This document shows positions 1 through 8,877 of a stretch of 64,000 nucleotides of DNA, piece by piece. Under the pieces are notes generated by a model that was not told where the DNA came from, did not search any database, and was given only the letters and a program-made list of their open reading frames with translations. The translations under genes were made by a program, and so were the position numbers. The stretch is from Giardia intestinalis (lineage: Eukaryota), in NCBI GenBank assembly GCA_000002435.2, contig CM018793.1; one strand, written 5' to 3'. Each line of letters begins with the position of its first letter. Position 1 is the stretch's first letter.

Positions 1-317
1 CAAGGAATCACACGGCAGGCCCCGCTCCCTTGGCTCCCCCCGTGGTATTGACGCCATCACCGCCAACGAACCAGTGCCAAGCGATTGACCGAAAATGAAT
101 AAATAATAAAAGAGCTGTAAAATTTTACTTTCACGTAAAATTATGCTTATTTTAATCAATCAGTGATCAAGGGTGAATCAATTCGGGGGAAATAAAATTA
201 CTGGTGCCTTGTACCGCATCGTGACGATGTCCGCATGCTGAGGGGTGCGGGTGTGGCGCGCGGTGTCCGGTCGAGGCGGAGTTCTCGCACACATACAGTA
301 TACACGACTTCCCTATA

Positions 318-329
318 ACTAACACGCAG
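318..329 (+). promoter_or_regulatory. Giardia-type fused branch point / 3' splice acceptor motif ACTAACACGCAG immediately preceding HSP90 C-terminal exon
   Basis: Sequence aACTAACACGCAG|GTTTATC at 318-329; matches Giardia intron 3' consensus [A/C]CT[A/G]AC[A/C]CACAG; HSP90 homology begins exactly after AG. Confidence 0.8.
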
Positions 330-1404
330 GTTTATCACAGACGAATGTACAGATATTGTTCCCGACTGGCTCACGTTCCTCAAGGGCGTGGTCGACTGCG
401 ACGATCTTCCGCTGAACATCTCCCGTGAGATGCTCCAGAAGAATCGCATCGTCAACACAATCCGCAAGAACCTCATCAACAAGGCTCTCAAGCTCTTCAA
501 GGACCTCGAGGATGACAAGGACAAGTATGAGACGTTCCTCAAGCAGTTTGGAAAGTCCATCAAGCTCGGTATCCACGAGGACAGCGAGAACCGTGGCAAG
601 CTCGCCAAGCTTCTGCGCTACTACAGTACAAAGTCCAAGGACAAGCGCACGTCCCTCGACGATTACGTCACCCGCATGCCCGAAAACCAGAAGTCGATCT
701 ACTACATCACAGGCGACTCTCTCGAGAACCTGAAGGAGTCTCCGTTCCTCGAGAGGTTTAACAAGAAGGGCATAGAGGTTCTGCTTATGGACGAGGCCAT
801 CGACGAGTATATGACCTCCTCGCTCAAGGAGTTTGAGGGTAAGCAGTTGAAGTGCATAACCAAGGACGGCATCGACCTTGAGCTCACGGAAGACGAGAAG
901 AAGGAGCAGGAGGAGAAGAAGGAGCGCTTCGCAAAGCTCTGCAAGTACATGAAGGAGGTCCTTGGCGATAAGGTCGAGGGAGTCCGCGTCGGGTGTGATC
1001 GCCTTGTAGACACCCCGTGCATCCTCGTCACCGCAGAGTGGGGCTGGACTGCCACGATGAGCAAGATCATGAAGCACCAGGCGCTGAGAGACGACACTCT
1101 GGGCAGCGTGATGGCCGGAAAGAAGACCCTGGAGCTTAACCCCGACAGCAGCATCATCCAGAATCTCGCCTCTAAGCTCGACGACGACGCAGAGAACCTC
1201 TATGTCAAGGACATCACAACCCTTCTTTTCGAGACGGCCCTTATCCAGAGCGGGTTCGACATTGAGGACACCGCAACCTTTGCCAAGCGCATTCACGCCA
1301 TGGTCCGTGTCAGCCTGGGAGACGACACCGCCGCTGCCCCTGCTAGCGACCTTCCTGCCCTTGAGGAGTGCCATGATGAGGAGGACGTTGACGAAGTTGA
1401 CTGA
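330..1404 (+). CDS. hspC: HSP90 C-terminal exon (middle + C-terminal domains; HspC half of a split hsp90 gene); first base completes a codon from an upstream exon not present in cis
   Basis: Translation from 330 gives (V)[48 protein letters not shown]... matching the HSP90 block [37 protein letters not shown]; ends ...EEDVDEVD* (MEEVD-type tail); homology does not extend upstream of 330; high GC3 codon bias. Confidence 0.9.
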
Positions 1405-1434
1405 GACTGTGAACTTGTTGTGTTACTTTGTGCT

Positions 1435-4071
1435 TCAGAGCGGCGGGTGCCTGGGTCGCGGCCGGAGGTATCCTGCGTAGTCGGAGACGATCAGCGATAT
1501 GGACTGCATCCCGCTTCGGAGCTGTGTCGCCTCGTCGCTGTACTGGGCGGCTGCCGCATGGGCGGCGTTGCACTCTGTTTCTAATTGTGCTAGAGCTGCA
1601 CGGACGGAATCTAATTGCAACTGAGCTTCGTTAAGCTTGGTCTTTAAGAGCTGTACTTCTGTGTTCTTCAGAGACAGCTCGTTTTCACGCGCCCGAAGGC
1701 ACTGCTCCAAGTTCTCGACCTTGAGACGTGTCTGCTCTTGAATTGTTCTCAATGAGACTATCTCTGTACCACGTGTATCGCTCTCCTGTTGAACACTGCT
1801 AAGCGTCTCCTCAACCTTTTTCAGTTGGAGCTGGAGCTGCTGTCTTACAAGCTTCTCGCCTTGCAGCTCAGATTTGAGTTCCTCGTCAGTCTGTTGAGAC
1901 GACAGCTGACTGTGACTGTGCCGACTGCTGTGGTCAGATTCCTCCAAAGGTACAGGTCTGGGGGGAAGGGCCTGCCGTACTGTCAATTCACGGAGCCCCT
2001 CGACAGAAAGATTGGATAGACAGACAGGAAATCTCGAATTGAACATTCGGATAGCAAGTGTGGCAGCAGACTGGAGGAGACCCTGGTTTACAACAGGCAA
2101 TCTATCAAGATATGATGTTGACGATAGAACAAGGGCGGTGATGCAACTCCCTATTAATCGTATATGTACAAGACCGGGGTGCAGTGGTGCAGGCTTGTGG
2201 CAACCATTGCTTTGTTCATGAGAGCAGTGGGTTTCCTTGCTGTCATAGCGAGCACCCTGGATAAGTTTTGCGCTAGAACTAAGCTCTGAAATGGCGGACA
2301 GCAGAGATTGATCAACTTTGCGCGTGGCTGGAAGAGGCGTACTCAAGGCAGAGCCAGCGTGTGTAGCAAAACAGACCGTATTGAAAATCAGCAAGTCTGA
2401 AATATGTGTGAGAAGCTCCAAAGATCTATCAAGGTGTTCCCAGTAAATACGTTGCATTGTTGTTGTCAAAGTAATAGTTTGTCTTATCAAGGAGTCAATC
2501 TCCTCTGAAGAAAATATATTAACACAAACACTTGTCGCGGTATAGGCTATAAATCGGCCAAGAGTCGATAAAAGAACAAAGTAATATTGCAGCAAAGCAT
2601 TATGTTCTCTTTCGAAGGATGATGGAGATTGATTGGTCAGCCTATTAACGATTGACTCCATTGCTGTGAAGCACCCTTTAAGATTAGCCTTGACAACCTG
2701 AAAAGACATAAGCTTCCCGCCGATCTTCTCTTTGGGAATAGCAAATGTAACTCTGAAGGAAGATATAGGCGACAGTGTCACGCGGTACAGGTGTGCGAGG
2801 AACATGGCCGAGTAGGCGGAGTATCCTTTACAGTCGGCTATCTCGCTGAAGAGGAGCTCGTATCCCCGAGCTCTGATGAACTCATCTATGAAGGCAGTGT
2901 GCATCTGTTTAAAGGGCATAGCTGAGAATGCCGATGAGACGTCCCCACTCCCCATTAGAGAAAGGAAAAGCAATACGCAGTACGGCCTGTTTAGTGGAGA
3001 GCAGTCGTTCAGAGCAAACCGAACGAGTATCGAGACTCGCTGGACGCCATCTTGCGTAAGCTTGGCAAATGCTAAAGGTGTCTTGCTGGACATCTGCAAA
3101 GGTGAGAACACAACGGTAAAGAGATAAAATGACACTAGGATATCTTGGAAGATTGCCCTACTAGATGCGAAGGTTTGCGCGAAGATGTGCTTGATGGCGG
3201 GTTCGCAGGTACCATTCTCGGCACCTGTAGGAGGGGGGTCCAGCGTAAATGTAACTAGCTTCTTGAGGATGTTACTCAGAAACATTGGAGGAATGTGTTC
3301 GGTGCTATTGCTTAGGAAATACCGTAAGACGTATTGATACACTATGGTAGTATACGTGTAGTTTCTCCCTTCCAGCAGCGTGCTTAGTTTGGTGGATGCG
3401 TAAAGGTTTGCTGTCTGTCTGAAATTAAACAAGAGCGCGAGTGATACTGTCAACTCAATTAAATGGCAGATTAGCTGTTTCTCCGACGCAGCCAGAGTTT
3501 GCTTTGTCGTAGATAGAAGCTTCTCAAGAGTGGCCAAGCAGGTATATGAAAGACTGGATACGGCGCAGTACAAAGAATGCAAAGATGGATATGTGTATTC
3601 GTCAAAAGTATCCATGTGCAGTGGCCCGTGTTGCAATCTAATCATGAGTAAGACACTGATAAAAAGCCGAAGTAGCGCCGGAGAAAAATCTAAAGTAGGA
3701 AGCATTCCACTGGAAGCCTCATTCTGGATAGATATGGCTGAATTAAGCAGAGAGTTCACCACTAGTTTTAGAAGTAGAAACAGGGTGGTATAATCCACTA
3801 CAGGTAATGCTTCTTTCAGCACGAAGGCTAGGAAATGAGCCATTTTTTCACTAGTAAGAAAGATGGGGTGTGCGCAAAGGACCTTAACTAGTTTTTGGAG
3901 CACTGGAACAGTGAATTGAAAAATGCTATCTGCACGGCACATGAGCGCAACATTTGCTAGTAGGGCGTCAGCAACAGCAGAGCAGTCCTCCATGGTTGTG
4001 CGGGACCGCTCTAGTTTGTCCAGCAGGTCCAAATACCCACCAAGATTCATTTTTATATATTCAGCCTCCAT
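1435..4071 (-). CDS. hypothetical protein, ~600 aa alpha-helical N-region plus ~250 aa C-terminal coiled-coil (heptad E/L/Q/K-rich)
   Basis: 878 aa uninterrupted ORF; C-terminal 'EELKSELQGEKLVRQQLQLQLKKVEETL...' coiled-coil character; no recognisable catalytic motif. Confidence 0.55.
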   Translation of the reverse strand: MEAEYIKMNLGGYLDLLDKLERSRTTMEDCSAVADALLANVALMCRADSIFQFTVPVLQKLVKVLCAHPIFLTSEKMAHFLAFVLKEALPVVDYTTLFLLLKLVVNSLLNSAISIQNEASSGMLPTLDFSPALLRLFISVLLMIRLQHGPLHMDTFDEYTYPSLHSLYCAVSSLSYTCLATLEKLLSTTKQTLAASEKQLICHLIELTVSLALLFNFRQTANLYASTKLSTLLEGRNYTYTTIVYQYVLRYFLSNSTEHIPPMFLSNILKKLVTFTLDPPPTGAENGTCEPAIKHIFAQTFASSRAIFQDILVSFYLFTVVFSPLQMSSKTPLAFAKLTQDGVQRVSILVRFALNDCSPLNRPYCVLLFLSLMGSGDVSSAFSAMPFKQMHTAFIDEFIRARGYELLFSEIADCKGYSAYSAMFLAHLYRVTLSPISSFRVTFAIPKEKIGGKLMSFQVVKANLKGCFTAMESIVNRLTNQSPSSFEREHNALLQYYFVLLSTLGRFIAYTATSVCVNIFSSEEIDSLIRQTITLTTTMQRIYWEHLDRSLELLTHISDLLIFNTVCFATHAGSALSTPLPATRKVDQSLLSAISELSSSAKLIQGARYDSKETHCSHEQSNGCHKPAPLHPGLVHIRLIGSCITALVLSSTSYLDRLPVVNQGLLQSAATLAIRMFNSRFPVCLSNLSVEGLRELTVRQALPPRPVPLEESDHSSRHSHSQLSSQQTDEELKSELQGEKLVRQQLQLQLKKVEETLSSVQQESDTRGTEIVSLRTIQEQTRLKVENLEQCLRARENELSLKNTEVQLLKTKLNEAQLQLDSVRAALAQLETECNAAHAAAAQYSDEATQLRSGMQSISLIVSDYAGYLRPRPRHPPL

Positions 4072-4123
4072 CCACGCTTACTAACCTGTTCCCTGCGCAG
4101 GGAAAAGAATCATAGAAATTAAA

Positions 4124-4891
4124 ATGGGGCTATACACACATAACAATGCAGTAAGTTTCATAGCAACCGGATTGTCAATAATCTTATATGGCACGCTTTT
4201 TGGCTTTGTCAAGCGTGATCCAACCTCTTTAAGAGTAGGCCTTGAGGCGTGCATGCGCAAAGGCGTCAAGTTCATTGGTTGCATTAAAACTTTAGAGAAA
4301 GAGGAGAGGCACTCTGTCTTCTTTTTGTTAGCCATTGTATGCTTTGCAGCTGTGCTGGCGATACTAGCTATACTCATGTCTATTTTCTATTGTTGTTGCT
4401 GCCGAAGTATTAGGAGTGCAAGATATCTGCACAGGGCGATTACGGGAGTCACAACAGTGGCAGTGTTTGATGTTGTATCATTTATCACGTCCTCGCTCAT
4501 CTATTATAAATACGATTCGGCAAATAGTAGTGGAGTAATTGTGAGCAATTCTGCTGGTACTAATGCATACATAATTGCTAGATACACAGGGCTGGCTATG
4601 GTGTGCATTAGCAGCGCATGGGTAATAACCATAGTGATAGGGTCGCCCTTAGCATCAACAAACAACCTGCTAATGAAGGCGCTCACCATGATCATTGGGG
4701 CCTGTTCGATATTCTTCATCCTGGCGATCATTATGGGCACGGATGCCGCCCATTTGTTACGTCACCTATCTGATTATCGCCATCAGGCCAAGGAGATGGG
4801 ATGTGCCATGTCCGCTGCTGCTATCGTTGTATACGTATTTACTTTTCTTGATGCCTGTCTATGCATCACAGAAGGTACTACAAAGTCGTAG
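4124..4891 (+). CDS. hypothetical multi-pass membrane protein (about 6 predicted TM helices)
   Basis: 255 aa ORF with repeated 20-residue hydrophobic stretches (e.g. VFFLLAIVCFAAVLAILAILMSIFY, ITIVIGSPL..., IIGACSIFFILAIIMG); A-rich sequence before ATG. Confidence 0.5.
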   Translation: MGLYTHNNAVSFIATGLSIILYGTLFGFVKRDPTSLRVGLEACMRKGVKFIGCIKTLEKEERHSVFFLLAIVCFAAVLAILAILMSIFYCCCCRSIRSARYLHRAITGVTTVAVFDVVSFITSSLIYYKYDSANSSGVIVSNSAGTNAYIIARYTGLAMVCISSAWVITIVIGSPLASTNNLLMKALTMIIGACSIFFILAIIMGTDAAHLLRHLSDYRHQAKEMGCAMSAAAIVVYVFTFLDACLCITEGTTKS

Positions 4892-5891
4892 ACTGCTTCA
4901 CCAGAAACATGCAGTAAAAGTCGTCGCCCATCGCTCTTGATTCATAGTCAATTGTATTTTGGCCAGCAAAGCAAATCCATGCCGAATAGTGCCCATTATC
5001 AACACAGAACGAAACCTCTGAGAGCGACTTCAAGGTTACCGATTTGTTCTCCACAACAACGCTTCCATGCTTCACATCCTGAAACTCTATTTTCTGTCCA
5101 TCTTCATCTTTTACTGTAGAGCCGTGATATGAACTCTTTGAATATTCTAATTCAGATTGGAAAACGAACAATCTGATTGGGATGCAGCCATTTCGTTCTA
5201 AGATAAAGCCAAAGCACTCCTTGGTAGAGTATATACCACTGCGAATGAAGGAGAAGTCAGATCGATATCTGGCGCTAACTTCTGCATACTTTTCTCTACA
5301 GCTCAGCTTATCGGCGCAAACAACTTGTAAGTCCGTTACATCTATCATAGCATCGTAGATCATGCAGTTCTGCTCCCCTCTATTGGCAACATCACTGGGA
5401 GTTTCTAAGAAATGGTTTATGTACACTGACAAAATTCGCTCATTCTTTCTGGTGATAAAGGACAGCCTCGGGTCATAGATAGACTCCAAGATTCCATCAC
5501 GGATCATCGCATCTCTCAAGGATTTGTAAAACAAAAATCCCACATAGTTTTCCGAAATGCAAAAGTAGTAGAGATATTCTGTCTTGGTGTGCATTACTGG
5601 TATCGACGAAGACACGGTACTGGCCAGAACAGTTGTCTGCTCGGTGACATGCATTGGCGACTTAGTAATGAAAGAGACGCGTCCTCCCTTCCAGACAGGC
5701 TTAGATACGTCTATGTCCACACCATTAGAAACCTGGACCATCTCTTGTGGGATGTCAAACAGAAAGACGTTTTGATAGCGCATGAGCTCTGTGTCCGTCA
5801 AATCAAACAATTTCCACTTAAATCTTAACAAGAGCAGAGCGGGTTTTCTCTCAAGCTTAATAGAAGGTGGAAAACTGGCCGCGCGCCACAC
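4878..5891 (-). CDS. hypothetical protein (337 aa), beta-rich, no recognised family
   Basis: Long ORF in otherwise tightly packed locus; convergent 3' end overlaps the 4124..4891 gene by 14 nt. Confidence 0.45.
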   Translation of the reverse strand: MWRAASFPPSIKLERKPALLLLRFKWKLFDLTDTELMRYQNVFLFDIPQEMVQVSNGVDIDVSKPVWKGGRVSFITKSPMHVTEQTTVLASTVSSSIPVMHTKTEYLYYFCISENYVGFLFYKSLRDAMIRDGILESIYDPRLSFITRKNERILSVYINHFLETPSDVANRGEQNCMIYDAMIDVTDLQVVCADKLSCREKYAEVSARYRSDFSFIRSGIYSTKECFGFILERNGCIPIRLFVFQSELEYSKSSYHGSTVKDEDGQKIEFQDVKHGSVVVENKSVTLKSLSEVSFCVDNGHYSAWICFAGQNTIDYESRAMGDDFYCMFLVKQSTTL

Positions 5892-6153
5892 TAACTAATA
5901 CTTCCTTAGCTGTAAGAGTGTAATCACTGATCTCAGTTCAAGAAATTAATTTGACTTAGTAACGAGCCACCACATATGTACCAATGATACAAAAAAGTGG
6001 CTGAGAGTATTGCTGGATCAATCAGTATGAAGACTCACTTCCCTATTAGAATTGTGCAATATTAATCTAAAACACATGCAATCATGCTATTTCCACTTGT
6101 AATGGCGATGCAAATAGCAGCACAGCATTTAATTTGGGGGAACACTGATCGCC

Positions 6154-8856
6154 ATGAATGACTACCACGATCAGGAGCTCGATGACCGCGCCCGCGGGGT
6201 GTTTGGCACGGACGAAACTAGCAAGGCGCGGAGCAGCAGGCGCCCCCTCTCACAGTTTGAGAAGTTGGGAAAGCTCAGTCCTCCTGTTCTTAAGGCGATC
6301 CACTCACTCGGATATTCTACCTTGACATCAATCCAGAAGGCCGCCATTCCTGTCATTATTGACGGAGGCGATGCGTGCGTGGTGAGCAAAACGGGCTCGG
6401 GGAAAACAGCTGCATACTCGATTCCTCTTGTCAATCTTCTCGGTTGCCACAGGGCTACTACGGGGATACGCGGATTAGTCATTGCTCCAACTCGTGAGCT
6501 GTGTGTGCAGATCGGAGGGGTTATAAGAAAGCTTTCTCGCTTCACTGACCCTGAACTCCGCGTTTGTCTGCTCGTTGGTGGCGAAGCACTGGAAAAACAA
6601 TTTACCGCTTTGACCGCAAATCCAGATATTATTGTGTGTACCCCAGGCCGTATCCTGCACATCCACGATCAAGTGTCCACTTTCAAATCGCAGCTCAAAT
6701 CCATAGAGTATGTGTGCTTTGACGAGTCCGATAGGATGTTCGAAATGAACTTTCAACAGCAGGTGAACGAGATCCTTGATCTGCTTCCTGCAGAGCGTAC
6801 TGGCGGACACATCACCGAAACTAGATCTGCCCGTGACTTCTTAGGCTACCAAATTATAATGGTCTCAGCAACCATGCCAAACAATCTAGCAGTTTTTTCT
6901 AAAGCACGCCTCCAAAATCCAACAATTATAGCAGCAGAGAACGACATGGTTCTTCCCAACGAACTGACAAATCAATTTATATATTGTCCGATAAACTACC
7001 GTGAGGCTGCTCTCTTATACATATGTCGAGAACTTGTGCCTAAAACCTGGCGATTGCTCGTCTTTGTCGCCACCAAGCACCACTGTGAGTATCTCACATC
7101 CATTCTACAGGCCAATAATCTTCGCGCAACCTGTATCTATGGGTCACTGGATCAGAAGCAGCGCACGCTTGCTCTATCCGAATTTGATAAGGGTCGCTAC
7201 AGCATACTTATTTCTACTGACGTTGCTGCTAGAGGAATTGATATTCCTAACTTGAACTGTGTGATTAATTATAACTTTCCATCCTCCGGGAAGAATTATG
7301 TGCATAGGGTTGGTAGGTCTGCGCGTGCAGGCTCATATGGGCTTTGTGTCTCAATCATCGAAGGAGACGAACTTCCTTACTGTCTGGATGTGATGCTCCA
7401 TATAGGCATTAAGTTTCATAGTATGCGCTCAAGTGATGACGCCGTAGCTACATTTCTGAATAATTGTAATACCCTTGGCGTGGATTGCTCAACATTTGCA
7501 TGCCTAGTCGGAAAGCACGCCACGCATTCTCCATTCCAGGGCCTAGTGGCTTCTATACCTGGTCACTTGTTGGACGTTATATATGCAGACGTTCTCCGGA
7601 CGCTCGGAGAGTATGGCCAGGATGTCCGTACGCAGCAAAAAACAGCAAACAACGCCATGAAACAGGTTAACTCCATGCGCAAAAGTGCAAGCCCATTGAG
7701 CACGGAGAGGGCAAAGGAGATCATCACTGGCAATATGATTTATGAGCATCCCCTCGTTCGTAAGCTAGACATTGAAACGGTGGGATCTGCGGGAAAAGAG
7801 AAACAAGAGGCTGCGTTGGAGCATCTCTCAAAGGTGTTATACTCGTTTAAACTGCCCACGCACCAACTTGAGCTTCGGGTCATGGAAAGCAACGGTGACG
7901 CTTCATCAGTTGCCATGCTCAACATGCGGCGGATTGTGGAGAAAAAGGCACGAGAAAGACAGCTTGTAGCAACCGAGCTACAGAAGCTCGGCAAAGATAA
8001 TGCGCTGGATAACTCTGGAGCATCAGATACTGGTTTCGTAGGGCTAAAGGAACCTTTAGTGAAATACTACATGACCAAGGACGACCTGGAGCGCTATACT
8101 ATCTTAGGGAAGGATGCTCTCGAGAAGCGGAAAATTAATGCTACACAGGCGGGCAGTTCTTCCCATGGAGACAATCTTTACATCTCAGACATACAGCCCC
8201 CGAAGCCTGAATCTAAAGGCTCATTCATAGATGCTCAGACAGCTGTCAAGGGTGTCCTGGTGGGAAGCAAAGACTCTATAGAGAACGTCATTGCTGACTT
8301 TATTCCAGATGATAGGGAGGGGCTAGCCTCTATTCTTAGAAGAAAGACGTTTGAGAGACGATGGAATCCGCTGCGCAAACGGTACGAAAACGTGGAAATC
8401 AAGGCAGAAGAGCCCAAGACAATTAGCAACGCCGGATCCGTTGGAAAGAAGAAGATAACCCAGAAGAGGTTCAATGAATCTACAGGCAAGTGGATAGAGG
8501 TGACTCCAGACACAAAGCAAACCCTTTACAAGAAATGGAAGCAGAAGACCAGCCTTTCTGTAATGCCTGGTGGACAGCAAGACACAGTCACAGACATGGA
8601 GGCGAGAGAGCTATTGACTGGTCAAGGTCTTGGACGTCGCCGCAGGATGGCGATAGAAAGAGCCATCAATAGTGGAAGACTGGTTCGTAAAGCTCCTGCC
8701 TCGAAGGTGGACACGTCCATAGAGCGGTCCATGCCAACTCGCGCGCAAGTTGTTAAAGAACGAGAAAGCAAGAAGCACCTGGAGAAAGTGCGAGCTATCT
8801 CACGAAGCAAGAAAAAGAGAAAAGGAGCGAATCCATCGTCCAGGAAGCGTCGTTAA
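6154..8856 (+). CDS. DEAD-box ATP-dependent RNA helicase, DDX54/Dbp10-like (nucleolar 60S biogenesis type) with basic C-terminal tail
   Basis: Motif I VSKTGSGKTAAY, Ia APTRELCVQI, II DESDRMFEMNF (cf. DDX54/Dbp10 DEADRLFEMGF), III SAT, V ARGIDIP, VI HRVGRSARAG; Q-motif region TSIQKAAIP; C-term KKKRKGANPSSRKRR. Confidence 0.85.
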   Translation: MNDYHDQELDDRARGVFGTDETSKARSSRRPLSQFEKLGKLSPPVLKAIHSLGYSTLTSIQKAAIPVIIDGGDACVVSKTGSGKTAAYSIPLVNLLGCHRATTGIRGLVIAPTRELCVQIGGVIRKLSRFTDPELRVCLLVGGEALEKQFTALTANPDIIVCTPGRILHIHDQVSTFKSQLKSIEYVCFDESDRMFEMNFQQQVNEILDLLPAERTGGHITETRSARDFLGYQIIMVSATMPNNLAVFSKARLQNPTIIAAENDMVLPNELTNQFIYCPINYREAALLYICRELVPKTWRLLVFVATKHHCEYLTSILQANNLRATCIYGSLDQKQRTLALSEFDKGRYSILISTDVAARGIDIPNLNCVINYNFPSSGKNYVHRVGRSARAGSYGLCVSIIEGDELPYCLDVMLHIGIKFHSMRSSDDAVATFLNNCNTLGVDCSTFACLVGKHATHSPFQGLVASIPGHLLDVIYADVLRTLGEYGQDVRTQQKTANNAMKQVNSMRKSASPLSTERAKEIITGNMIYEHPLVRKLDIETVGSAGKEKQEAALEHLSKVLYSFKLPTHQLELRVMESNGDASSVAMLNMRRIVEKKARERQLVATELQKLGKDNALDNSGASDTGFVGLKEPLVKYYMTKDDLERYTILGKDALEKRKINATQAGSSSHGDNLYISDIQPPKPESKGSFIDAQTAVKGVLVGSKDSIENVIADFIPDDREGLASILRRKTFERRWNPLRKRYENVEIKAEEPKTISNAGSVGKKKITQKRFNESTGKWIEVTPDTKQTLYKKWKQKTSLSVMPGGQQDTVTDMEARELLTGQGLGRRRRMAIERAINSGRLVRKAPASKVDTSIERSMPTRAQVVKERESKKHLEKVRAISRSKKKRKGANPSSRKRR

Positions 8857-8877
8857 TATTAGATGATACTGAAAGAG

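Noticed and set aside
319-1374. 351-aa ORF on the minus strand (and 102-aa +2 frame ORF at 425..733) overlapping HSP90
   Set aside because: Antisense or out-of-frame shadow ORFs of a highly conserved, GC3-biased HSP90 coding region; low-complexity L/V/E-rich translation; the plus-strand HSP90 frame fully explains the sequence.
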